Source: Thermoplasmatota archaeon
GTDB lineage: Archaea > Thermoplasmatota > E2 > JACPAO01 > JAHFTW01
Assembly: GCA_049617695.1 (NCBI GenBank)
Contig: JBMZJT010000004.1
Location: forward strand, 1 to 57,249
DNA length: 57,249 bases
Direction of reading: 5' to 3'
Below are positions 43,094-51,654 of this stretch, in pieces; the first letter of the stretch is position 1; each line of letters begins with the position of its first letter. The translations under genes were made by a program, and so were the position numbers. The notes below the pieces were generated by a model. It had not been told where the DNA came from. It searched no databases and saw only the letters and a program-made list of their open reading frames with translations.

Positions 43094-44176
43094 TTACAGG
43101 CTCAGGATCCTGCGGCATTCGGCCAGGATCTTGATTTCGTCAGGCATGTACCAGTGTTCGCGGGCCAAGAGCGGCGTGTGGACATCGGGCGCACAGACGA
43201 GGCCGACAGGGGCTTCGAGGGCGTAGAACGCGTCGCTCTCGTTGATGCGGCGAGTGATCTCGCTGCCCCAGCCGCCGGAGCGAGGGGCTTCCTGGACGAT
43301 GACCACGCGGCCGGTCTTCTTGACGGACTTGAGGATGGTCTCGCTGTCCATGGGGCTCACGGTCTGGAGGTCCAACAGTTCGACGCTGACGCCGTCCTGT
43401 TCCAGTTGGTTGACCGCCTTGTCCGTGAACCAGCGCATGGCACCCCAAGTCACGATGGTGAGGTCCGTGCCTTCCTGGACGACTTCGGTTTTGCGCAGTT
43501 CGGCGACTTCTTCGTCAAGGGGCACAGGTTCGCGGTACTTGCGGTACAGGAACTTGGGCTCCATGAAGATGACCGGTTCATCGCTCTGGATGGCGGCCTT
43601 CAGGAGACTGCGGGCGTTGCGGGGCGTGCTGGGCATGACGACGGTCAGGCCGGGCGTGTGCGCGAAGTAGGTCTCGCGGCTCTCGGAGTGGTGCTCGAGG
43701 GCACGCACGCCGGCGCCGTAGGGCATGTGGATGACCAGGGGGACCTTGTGGCGGCCGTTGCTGCGCTTGTAGAGGCGGGCAATCTGGGATTCGTAGTGGT
43801 GCATCGCTTGGTAGCTGAAGCCACTGAACTGCATCTCGCCGATGGCGCGGTAGCCGGCCATGGCGAGACCCGTGCAGGCGCCGGCGATGCCCATTTCGCT
43901 GATCGGCGTGTCCACGACGCGGTGCTTGCCGTGCTTGTCCATCAGGCCGTCGGTGAGGCGGAAGATGCCGCCGTCGCGGCCGACGTCCTCGCCCATGATG
44001 AGGACCTTTTCGTCGTTGCTCATTTCCTCGTCGAAGGCCATGTTCATGGCTTCAATGAGGTTCAGTTCGACGTAGCCGGTCTTGTCGCATTCTTCCTTCT
44101 TGCGCTCATACTGGAGCTCCCAGGTCGGGCGGCTGAAGAAGGGGTCTTCGCGGTCCGTCATCATCATTTCACCCAT
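43094..44176 (-). CDS. 2-oxoacid (pyruvate/branched-chain) dehydrogenase E1 component, beta subunit
   Basis: From ATG 44176: MGEMMMTDRE...LNLIEAMNMAFDEEMSNDEKVLIMGEDVG...DTPISEMGIAGA. Confidence 0.92.
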   Translation of the reverse strand: MGEMMMTDREDPFFSRPTWELQYERKKEECDKTGYVELNLIEAMNMAFDEEMSNDEKVLIMGEDVGRDGGIFRLTDGLMDKHGKHRVVDTPISEMGIAGACTGLAMAGYRAIGEMQFSGFSYQAMHHYESQIARLYKRSNGRHKVPLVIHMPYGAGVRALEHHSESRETYFAHTPGLTVVMPSTPRNARSLLKAAIQSDEPVIFMEPKFLYRKYREPVPLDEEVAELRKTEVVQEGTDLTIVTWGAMRWFTDKAVNQLEQDGVSVELLDLQTVSPMDSETILKSVKKTGRVVIVQEAPRSGGWGSEITRRINESDAFYALEAPVGLVCAPDVHTPLLAREHWYMPDEIKILAECRRILSL

Positions 44177-44177
44177 C

Positions 44178-45323
44178 TTAGTGACCTCCCTCGGGCAGGC
44201 CGTGTTCTTCGAAGTGGGCCAGGAGTTGCTCCTTTTGCCATTCGAGGTAAGGCGGGTTTTCGATGAATGCGTTGGCGAACATGTAGTCGGGGGTGCTGAG
44301 TTCCTTGGCGCGGACTTCGAAGCGTTCGACGGCTTCGTCGATTTGCGCCTTGACACGCTCCTGGAGTTCCGCTTCCTTGGTCTTGTTCCAGATGCGCTTC
44401 TTGGTGAGGTAGGTGCGGAAGCGCGTGATGGGGTCCTTGGCTTCCCAGGCTTCTTCCTCTTCCTTGGGCCGGTACTTCTTGGGGTCGTCCGCGGTGGTGT
44501 GGACGTTCATCCGGTACGTGATGCACTCGATGAGCACCGGGCGGCCCTTGCGGGCAGATTCAACGGCCTTGCGGGCGGCGTAGACGACGGCGAGGATGTC
44601 GTTGCCGTCGACTTGGATGCCTTCCATGCCGTAGGCGATGGCCTTCTGGGCGATGGTTTCGCTGCGGGTTTGGACGCTGCGGGGGGTGCTGATGGCCCAC
44701 TGGTTGTTCTGGATGACGAAGACGACGCCGACGTCTTGGACGCTGGCGAAGTTGATGGCTTCGTGGAAGTCGCCTTCGCTGGTGCTGCCGTCGCCGCCGT
44801 AGGTGATGGCGATGTTGTTGGTGCCGTCCAGCTTTTCGGCCCACGCAGTGCCCAGGGCGTGGGTGTACTGGGTGCCGATGGGGATGGCGATGGGCGTGAT
44901 CTTGGCGCCCTCGGGGATGTTCATGCCTTCTTCGAAGCCGGCGCAGTAGAGCAGGTCGTCGGTGAGGTCGGCGCCGAGCCAGATGTTGCAGACGCTTTCG
45001 CGGAAGGCCGGGCAGAACCAGTCATCCGTGGTGACTTGGCTGATCGTGCCGACTTGACAGGCTTCTTGGCCGTGGGCGGGGGCGAAGGTGCCGATGCGGC
45101 CTTGGCGTTGCAGCTTGAGGCGGCGGTGGTCGAATTCGCGGCTCAGGACCATGGTCTCGTACATGCGCACGAGATCTTCCTTGGCAATCTTGGGTTCGAG
45201 GTCCTTGTCGACGTTGCCGTCTTGGTCCAGGATGCTGACGTAGGGAATCTCCTGCGTCTTGTAGGCGGTCGTGATGGGCATGGTGTTCGGGCCGGCCCAG
45301 CCGAGGGCCGATTTAAGGCTCAC
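44178..45323 (-). CDS. 2-oxoacid dehydrogenase E1 component, alpha subunit (TPP-binding)
   Basis: GQEACQVG, YGGDGSTSEGDFHEAINFA and YRMNVHTTADDPKKYR. GTG start. Confidence 0.92.
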   Translation of the reverse strand: MSLKSALGWAGPNTMPITTAYKTQEIPYVSILDQDGNVDKDLEPKIAKEDLVRMYETMVLSREFDHRRLKLQRQGRIGTFAPAHGQEACQVGTISQVTTDDWFCPAFRESVCNIWLGADLTDDLLYCAGFEEGMNIPEGAKITPIAIPIGTQYTHALGTAWAEKLDGTNNIAITYGGDGSTSEGDFHEAINFASVQDVGVVFVIQNNQWAISTPRSVQTRSETIAQKAIAYGMEGIQVDGNDILAVVYAARKAVESARKGRPVLIECITYRMNVHTTADDPKKYRPKEEEEAWEAKDPITRFRTYLTKKRIWNKTKEAELQERVKAQIDEAVERFEVRAKELSTPDYMFANAFIENPPYLEWQKEQLLAHFEEHGLPEGGH

Positions 45324-45345
45324 CTGTGTGGGTCCATGTCGAGTC

Positions 45346-45400
45346 GAACATGTTCACCACATACTGCACAAAAGTGGACAATCTATGAACGATGGTTCAT
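45346..45400. promoter_or_regulatory. paired GAAC/GTTC palindromes upstream of the E1 operon
   Basis: GAACATGTTC (45346..45355, perfect 10-nt palindrome) and ATGAAC-gatg-GTTCAT (45385..45400), 23-77 nt upstream of the E1-alpha start. Confidence 0.35.
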
Positions 45401-45855
45401 GCTTTGCTGGTGGTGCGCGTCGCCTGGCCCAAGGCGACCGCCGTGCCCGCGGCGCCCAGCAGAACCAGCACATGGCCGACGACCGTGTCATGACGCAGCA
45501 ACGAACCGACCATCGCAACGAGGCCAGACACCGCCCCAAGCGGCCGTCCGGAGGCCACGCCACTGCCAAAGTACACGAAGCCCGGACCGATCACTTCCAA
45601 GGCATCACGAAACAGGAAATGGCCCACCAAGACACTAAGCAGCGCGACCAAACTGAGGCCATATTCCCCATCCTTGCGGCTGCCCCAAGCCACCATGAGA
45701 ATCCCAGGCAACGCCAGCGCACCCGTGATGCCTGTCACGGGGCCGAGGCCCGGAATCTCGCCAGGATCATTCCCCATGGCCGCCAGCAAGGCACGCAAAG
45801 CAAAGACAACGGAGGCCGGCACGAGCAGCCAACGACCAAGGCGGCGCAGATCCAT
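45397..45855 (-). CDS. membrane protein, hypothetical (start uncertain)
   Basis: From ATG 45855: MDLRRLGRWLLVPASVVFALRALLAAM... with 4-5 TM helices. The track start 46002 would run into the divergent gene. Confidence 0.5.
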   Translation of the reverse strand: MDLRRLGRWLLVPASVVFALRALLAAMGNDPGEIPGLGPVTGITGALALPGILMVAWGSRKDGEYGLSLVALLSVLVGHFLFRDALEVIGPGFVYFGSGVASGRPLGAVSGLVAMVGSLLRHDTVVGHVLVLLGAAGTAVALGQATRTTSKA

Positions 45856-45937
45856 GCTGCGGCCAAGCCCAACCCCCATTTGGTCGATTCCAACAGCCGT
45901 CCCAATGCCCTTTTCAAAGCTGAACCGAGATGGAGCC

Positions 45938-46951
45938 ATGATGCGTGCTGTTTGGCTTGCCCTCTTGTTCGTGATTCCCGGCGCGGTCGCGCAAAGCGGC
46001 AACCCGGATGACTACAATTGGAGCAACGACTTTGGTTGCGGCGGAGGGGTTGCCTTTGAAGACGTCGACAGCAAGAGCGCAAGCTACAGCAGCTGCTCCT
46101 TTTCCGGAGGGCCCGGCGGCGGCAGCGTCGAAGTCATGGAGATGTTCGTCTCGGTCACCAGCACGGCGCGACTCCACATGGAAGGGTTCAGCGCCAGGGG
46201 AAGCCAATCCGGCGGCAGCGCCACCGCATTCGAAATGGAGCTCGACATCCTCCAAGTCGTCGAATTCGTCGATGATGGCGACGGCAAGTTCGTCCCCGAG
46301 AACGATGAGATCGTGCGACAGCACAGTCTCAATGGCGGATGGAGCAACATCCGAACGAGCCAACCCAGCGAAGGCGGCATCCGCTTCGAAGCCGACCATG
46401 ACATCGGCAGTGGCACCTTCACGCTGGCCGGCGTGGCACGCGGCGCCAACTTCAACGCCGGCGGCATCCAAGTCCGCCCCTTGGACACCAAGATCGACTT
46501 CATCTTCACAGACTACACGTACGAGCACCCGGAGAGCCAGCTGGCCTTGGTGCTCTTCGTTTCGTCCGAAGGCTTCAGTGCCAAGGGCAGCAGTTTCAAC
46601 ACAGGCGGCGCCGTCGTCCAGAGCCGAGAATCCGGCGTGGTCGGCAGCCAAGGCGCCACATCCCTCTACTTCACCTGGGCCAAGACCGCCGACGTCGACG
46701 GAACATCCCGTGCAGTCGGCAGCCACGTGGACATCGTCGACAGCGATTCCATGGATGCCAGCCAAGGTGGAAGTCAGGCGACGGTGAGCGAAATCCATGC
46801 CGGCGTGACTCTCGCTTACGCCCGTGGCCAGGACATTGTCCACGATCCGCGCCTCGGCGTGCAATTCAATGTGCAGAAGGACAGCCCCGGCCTCCCCATG
46901 GCGGCGGTTTTGCTCGCGCTGGCGGCATTGGCCGCCGTCAAGCGCCGGTGA
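45938..46951 (+). CDS. secreted protein with PGF-CTERM-like tail, hypothetical
   Basis: MMRAVWLALLFVIPGAVAQ signal peptide. C-terminus DSPGLPMAAVLLALAALAAVKRR. Confidence 0.7.
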   Translation: MMRAVWLALLFVIPGAVAQSGNPDDYNWSNDFGCGGGVAFEDVDSKSASYSSCSFSGGPGGGSVEVMEMFVSVTSTARLHMEGFSARGSQSGGSATAFEMELDILQVVEFVDDGDGKFVPENDEIVRQHSLNGGWSNIRTSQPSEGGIRFEADHDIGSGTFTLAGVARGANFNAGGIQVRPLDTKIDFIFTDYTYEHPESQLALVLFVSSEGFSAKGSSFNTGGAVVQSRESGVVGSQGATSLYFTWAKTADVDGTSRAVGSHVDIVDSDSMDASQGGSQATVSEIHAGVTLAYARGQDIVHDPRLGVQFNVQKDSPGLPMAAVLLALAALAAVKRR

Positions 46952-48260
46952 CCTGATCCTCAATCTGCGCGGCGGCCGCCAAATCAATGCCGAGCCGGTC
47001 GCGTAGATTGCGCAGGATGGCGCGCTCTTTCGTCCCAATCGTCCCGTCCTGCCATGCCAATTCGACTTGATCACGGTACAACGCGACGCGCTGTTGGGGA
47101 CCCAAGTTTTCCATGGGCCCACCCGCCGGTAGCGCTTGCTTGGCCACGCGTTCGGCAAATGCTTGTAGTGGCCGCATGATGAAGAACATCAGGCCGACGG
47201 CCACCGCGCCGAGCGTGTAGCCGAATTGATCGATCAAGAACTCCGACGCGCCGGCACTCACGATGAAGAAAACGGCAAGGAAGATGCTGGCCAGGGTGCC
47301 CTGCTGGATGGTCCAGCGCAGGCGCACGTCCAAATCAAAGAGCGTGTGGCGCAGCAACGCGTAGGTCGCGAATGCGGGAAGAATCAGCCAAGAAATGCCT
47401 TGGAAGACGGTCGCCCAACCGGCCACGGAAGTAGGCCCCCATCCCTCCAACAACGCCCCCACGAAGGGAATCACCAGCACAGATGCGGCCGGCGGCCAAC
47501 CGTCGCGACGCAGCACGGCAAAACCCAGAACCGCGAACACCACCAAAGCAAGGAACGCCAGCAGGTCTGTGGCCAACTGGAACGCCAGAAATGCGTTGGA
47601 CGGATACGTGATGGCGCCGCGCATCAAATCCCAGATCAAACGGGGAGCCTGGGCGCCGTAGAACAGGGCTTGGGCACCGAATCCCAAGACGAAGACGCCG
47701 ACCACGCGGCGGCGGGCACCCGGCGGTTCTTGCCAGTAGATCCAGAGAAACCAGGCAGCCAAGGCAGCTTCCAAGGCGGCACCCGCGACCAAGAGCACTG
47801 CAAGCGGGCCCAAAGCTTCCGCACTCCATTGCCCTTGGCTCAGCACAAGATGCTCCACAGAGGCCGGCCAAGCCAGGTACACGAGCCAGGAAATCAGCCC
47901 AACCGCAGCGAGCATGAAGAGCCCGAGGGGCCGGGAAAAGACGCCCCGTTGGCGTGGATAATTGGCGGCCAAAGCCAGCAGCAGAAACGGCGTCGCCAAG
48001 AGGCCCAAGACGCGCACATGAAGGAACGCGTATTGGCCGGCGATGTCACCGGCTTGGCCGGCCATGATGGCCAAGCTGACGCTCGCATCAGCAACGGATC
48101 GCAAAAGGAGGTAGAAGCCGAAGATGCGGGCAGACCTGCGCGATCCCTGCAGCACCAGAAGCAAGACGCCGAGGATCAAGGCGAGCACGTTGGCCACCAA
48201 GAAGGGTACTTCGGTGGCAACCAGGCGCAGTTCCACGGCGCGGGCAGACGCGTGGCTCAA
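46938..48260 (-). CDS. polytopic (~10 TM) membrane protein with soluble C-terminal domain, hypothetical
   Basis: Hydrophobic throughout. C-terminal roughly 70 aa are soluble (QRVALYRDQVELAWQDGTIGTKERAILRNLRDRLGID). TTG start in the track. Confidence 0.65.
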   Translation of the reverse strand: MSHASARAVELRLVATEVPFLVANVLALILGVLLLVLQGSRRSARIFGFYLLLRSVADASVSLAIMAGQAGDIAGQYAFLHVRVLGLLATPFLLLALAANYPRQRGVFSRPLGLFMLAAVGLISWLVYLAWPASVEHLVLSQGQWSAEALGPLAVLLVAGAALEAALAAWFLWIYWQEPPGARRRVVGVFVLGFGAQALFYGAQAPRLIWDLMRGAITYPSNAFLAFQLATDLLAFLALVVFAVLGFAVLRRDGWPPAASVLVIPFVGALLEGWGPTSVAGWATVFQGISWLILPAFATYALLRHTLFDLDVRLRWTIQQGTLASIFLAVFFIVSAGASEFLIDQFGYTLGAVAVGLMFFIMRPLQAFAERVAKQALPAGGPMENLGPQQRVALYRDQVELAWQDGTIGTKERAILRNLRDRLGIDLAAAAQIEDQVTGA

Positions 48261-48298
48261 TAAACGCGCAACGGTCGCCTCGTCGGCGCTTGATTCGC

Positions 48299-49501
48299 TT
48301 AGCCGTGCAGGGTTTCACGAGCCGTGTACAAGGCCCCCATGTACGTCACGGCTGCGTCGGGCTTGGCCGGCGCCGGTTCGACGAAGAAGTGGTCGATCGT
48401 CGCATTGGCGACGAGGCCGTCGTAGAAGCCCCAACCCCATTGGACCCAAGGCGCGACGGGATTGAGCGGCAATTCGCCGGTGCCGGCACCCGGGTACTGG
48501 TTTTCGGGCTCGTAGCTGGCCGTGCGGAACACGGCTTCCTTCAGTTCGTCCACGCTGATGCCGGCGACCGGATCGACGAGATCGTCGACGGTGGTGCCTG
48601 TGTAGCCACTCGCTTCGCGAATGGCGAGGACGACCTTGCTGATGCCACCCGCCGTGGTCGGCGTGGCAAAGCTGGTGCCACAGTAACTTGGCCGCATCTC
48701 TTCGAGGCTCATCGTCTGGGCAGTGGGCCGGCAGAAGTAGGACACGACATCGCCTTGCTGTCCAGCCAAGGGCTCCTGGGTGTTGTCGCCGTAGGCGCCG
48801 CCGACGGTGATGGCGCGTGTGCTGCCGGCCCAGGAGTCAAGCAGGACGCTGCGAGGATCATTGCCCGCGGCCAGGATGTAAATGGGACTGTAGACGCGGC
48901 CAAAGACCTCCTGACCTCCGACCGGAATGGGCACGATGGTGCCCCAGGAGACGCTGAAGATGTCGACGGGGATCCCACTGTTGAGAATCGGTTCGATGCT
49001 GGAGCCGCCTTCCTTGAAGACAATCAAGGCATCGGGATTCTCGCTGAGCACACTGCTGGTGGTGCCCGTGCCATGCATGTTGGTGTCATCCAAGATGCAG
49101 ATGCCCGTGCTGTCGAACAGCGACTCGCAAATCGCCCCGATGAACACAGTCTGGGGAATCCAGTACACATCACCAGGTTGCACCGATTCCCAGGTGGCAC
49201 GGTCCGCTTCGAATCGCTCTTCCCACGTCAGATCCACATCGCGACTCACGGTGAGATTCAGCGCAGGAATGTCACATGGGAACGCTTCGATGTACGTGCA
49301 GGGATGGTCAACACGGTCTGGCCGGTAGAACTGCTCATGGTAGGGATTGATGCCACTGTCTGGCACGCCGACGATGACATGCGGCTCAAAGCCGCCAGAC
49401 GGATCGGCAGGAGGCAACGCGGTGGTCGGTTCGGGGTCGTCACTGTCCACGCAACCGGCAAAGGCCGTCGCCGCGAGGATCATGATGAGCAGGAATCGCA
49501 T
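48299..49501 (-). CDS. subtilisin-family (S8) serine protease lipoprotein
   Basis: MRFLLIMILAATAFAGC lipobox. Catalytic Asp VGVPDSGI, His NMHGTGTTS and Ser CGTSFATPTTAG. Confidence 0.88.
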   Translation of the reverse strand: MRFLLIMILAATAFAGCVDSDDPEPTTALPPADPSGGFEPHVIVGVPDSGINPYHEQFYRPDRVDHPCTYIEAFPCDIPALNLTVSRDVDLTWEERFEADRATWESVQPGDVYWIPQTVFIGAICESLFDSTGICILDDTNMHGTGTTSSVLSENPDALIVFKEGGSSIEPILNSGIPVDIFSVSWGTIVPIPVGGQEVFGRVYSPIYILAAGNDPRSVLLDSWAGSTRAITVGGAYGDNTQEPLAGQQGDVVSYFCRPTAQTMSLEEMRPSYCGTSFATPTTAGGISKVVLAIREASGYTGTTVDDLVDPVAGISVDELKEAVFRTASYEPENQYPGAGTGELPLNPVAPWVQWGWGFYDGLVANATIDHFFVEPAPAKPDAAVTYMGALYTARETLHG

Positions 49502-49537
49502 AAGCAAACCTCGTCGCCAAGCGACTTCAGGCTTGTG

Positions 49538-49565
49538 GCGTTGGACACAACGGGTACGCCAACGC
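49538..49565. promoter_or_regulatory. inverted repeat GCGTTGG-n14-CCAACGC between divergent protease genes
   Basis: 7-bp perfect arms read directly, located between the S8 gene (minus) and the first metzincin gene (plus). Confidence 0.3.
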
Positions 49566-49597
49566 AGGTTCTAGTGGCCCAGGCGTTTGTCCCGTTG

Positions 49598-50461
49598 ATG
49601 ATTGGACGATTTGCAACCATCACGTTGGCCCTGGCCGTCGCACTCGCTGGCACCGGCGCCGCCAACTTCAACGACAACCAATACCACGAATACATCCTCT
49701 ACGAAGTGGACACTTCCAAGATTGATGTCCTGATTGTGCCCTCGGCAAGTCCCTACGCCCTGCGCGACAACACGATTCTGCGCCAAGGTGTCGATGCTTG
49801 GGACGCCGGCATCGATGATCTGGCCGACGCGTGGCTTGCCAATGGCATCGAAATTCGCACCTACGTCCTGGGCGAAGACATCCCGCCAGCAGAGGCCCTA
49901 TTCGACCCTGAAATCATCATTGTCAGTGCCGAGTACAATCCCGTCCTGCTCTTTGGCATCGGCTTGCAAGTTCCCATCAGTTGGTGCCACAACATCGGCC
50001 CCGGCGGCGGCAACATCGACTGGCGCGAGGAACTGATTGCCAGCCCTGACTTCCACAGCCACGGCGGCTCCTGGGGCATGCTTCAGGCCCAATGCGCGGA
50101 CGGCGGGAAGCAATGCATCGTGCTCAACACCAACTTCCTGTGGCTGCCCGACGCGGACAACCGCCGCAACATGTACGACCTCAACACCCACGAAGTCGGC
50201 CACTGCCTCGGCATCGGCCACGTCGGCGACGCCCTGGACTTCACGGCCCGCAACTTCCCCCAGACCGACATCATGAGCTACCAACATGGCAACCACGTCC
50301 ACTGCGTCAGCACCCTGAATGTCAAGGCGCTGGAAGCGGTCTACGGCGGCCTGCTGGGCAAGCCCGGCCTCGCCCAATCTGCGGGCACGTTCGTTCACAT
50401 GAACCCGGCGGACTACGACCAGCACGACTGCGACGAACCCACCGCCGGCCTGTTCGGCTAG
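49598..50461 (+). CDS. metzincin-type zinc metallopeptidase (pappalysin/ulilysin-like motif)
   Basis: MIGRFATITLALAVALAGTGAA signal. HEVGHCLGIGHVGD (HExxHxxGxxH) and Met-turn DIMSY. The upstream part of the 723-aa track ORF is antisense to the S8 gene. Confidence 0.8.
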   Translation: MIGRFATITLALAVALAGTGAANFNDNQYHEYILYEVDTSKIDVLIVPSASPYALRDNTILRQGVDAWDAGIDDLADAWLANGIEIRTYVLGEDIPPAEALFDPEIIIVSAEYNPVLLFGIGLQVPISWCHNIGPGGGNIDWREELIASPDFHSHGGSWGMLQAQCADGGKQCIVLNTNFLWLPDADNRRNMYDLNTHEVGHCLGIGHVGDALDFTARNFPQTDIMSYQHGNHVHCVSTLNVKALEAVYGGLLGKPGLAQSAGTFVHMNPADYDQHDCDEPTAGLFG

Positions 50462-50530
50462 TCCGCACGACGCCTCCTTTTCCCGCTCTACCACCACAAG
50501 GTTCATGCGACGCCGATTCGCCACAGGGCT

Positions 50531-51529
50531 ATGCGTCTCCTAGCCGTCCTGTTCATCGCACTCAGCTTCGCCGGCTGCCTCGACAGCGGCGACGTGCCCG
50601 AGCCCGTCGCCCAGCCCGAAGCCGAAGCGGACCCCAAGTCCGATTGGCCGTTCGAAGGCATGACCGAATACTGCCTCAACAATGAGACCTGTGATTTCTG
50701 GGATCATCAATTCCATGAAGGCGCTGTGTACCAGCTAGACACATTGACCATGGACGCGCTTGTGCTGCCCGTGCCCGGCGTTGATCCGCAAGCGGCCACC
50801 GAATCCGCGCGCATGGCCACGGCGGTGTGGGCTCGCGTGACCGAATTGGCCGAGCCCTGGTTCGCCGAGAATTTCACCCTCAACACCTACGCCGTCGGCA
50901 TTGATGTGCCTTCGGCGGACGCCGTCACGGACCCTGAAATCGTCGTGGTCAGTGAATCCGGTCAACGCAGCACCAGCATTGGTCTCAACGCAGAACAGGT
51001 GGCTTGCACGGTCTTTGGCGGCCTCGACGAACTGAGCGCGGACTTCGTTCCCGGCACCCTCGCCCACCACGTCTACCCTGTGCACGAGCACGATGGCATG
51101 GCCATCTTCGCCGCCGATTGTGTCACGGGCGGCTTCCGCTGCGTCGCACTCAACTTCGCCAGCGCCCTGGGCGGCAGCAACCCGCTCTACGACCTCGTCG
51201 CCCACGAAGTCGGCCACTGCCTGGGAACCAGCCACGTTGGCGACGCCCTGGATTTCAATGCCCGCTACGTGCCAGAAGCAGACATCATGGCCTACGCGGA
51301 CAACCCGAGTCGCGTCAGCTGCCCCAGCAGCCTCAACGCGCGTGTCATGGAAGGCATCTATGCCCATTTGGCCCAGCAACCGGTGCCGGCTTGGTTCAGC
51401 AGTGGCGGCTACTACGCCATGGACCCGTGGGATTACGAGCAAGTCGAGTGCCCCCTGCCGCCGCAGGGCCCCCTGAGCCACGTGCACGCCGGCGCCGCGT
51501 ATCCCGTGACGCCCTTCCAGCTGCGCTGA
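50531..51529 (+). CDS. metzincin-type zinc metallopeptidase lipoprotein (tandem paralog)
   Basis: MRLLAVLFIALSFAGC lipobox. HEVGHCLGTSHVGD and DIMAY. Confidence 0.8.
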   Translation: MRLLAVLFIALSFAGCLDSGDVPEPVAQPEAEADPKSDWPFEGMTEYCLNNETCDFWDHQFHEGAVYQLDTLTMDALVLPVPGVDPQAATESARMATAVWARVTELAEPWFAENFTLNTYAVGIDVPSADAVTDPEIVVVSESGQRSTSIGLNAEQVACTVFGGLDELSADFVPGTLAHHVYPVHEHDGMAIFAADCVTGGFRCVALNFASALGGSNPLYDLVAHEVGHCLGTSHVGDALDFNARYVPEADIMAYADNPSRVSCPSSLNARVMEGIYAHLAQQPVPAWFSSGGYYAMDPWDYEQVECPLPPQGPLSHVHAGAAYPVTPFQLR

Positions 51530-51583
51530 AGCCCAACTGGATTCAGTCCATGCCACGCCATCCAGCGTAGCCAAGATCAAGAC

Positions 51584-51611
51584 AAAGAGAGGAAAAGGAA
51601 GGAAAAGGGGG
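51584..51611 (-). terminator. 28-nt homopyrimidine tract with two TTTT runs (minus strand CCCCCTTTTCCTTCCTTTTCCTCTCTTT)
   Basis: Uninterrupted purine run on the plus strand, read directly, 116-143 nt past the atpB stop. Candidate terminator of the atp operon. Confidence 0.4.
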
Positions 51612-51654
51612 TCGGGCGAAGCGCGCCTTCGCTCGGACTTGGGAAGGGCTCCTC

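Noticed and set aside
43076-45638. Plus ORFs 43076..44266 (396 aa) and 44082..45638 (518 aa)
   Set aside because: Antisense to E1 beta and E1 alpha. G/A/V/D-rich shadow composition.
48290-49597. N-terminal 436 codons of the 723-aa plus ORF 48290..50461
   Set aside because: Antisense to the S8 protease. The metzincin begins with its own signal peptide at 49598.
51512-51570. Possible duplication of the second metzincin's 3' end (ccagctgcgctga vs ccagcgtag)
   Set aside because: The match is short and gapped, consistent with chance in GC-rich DNA.
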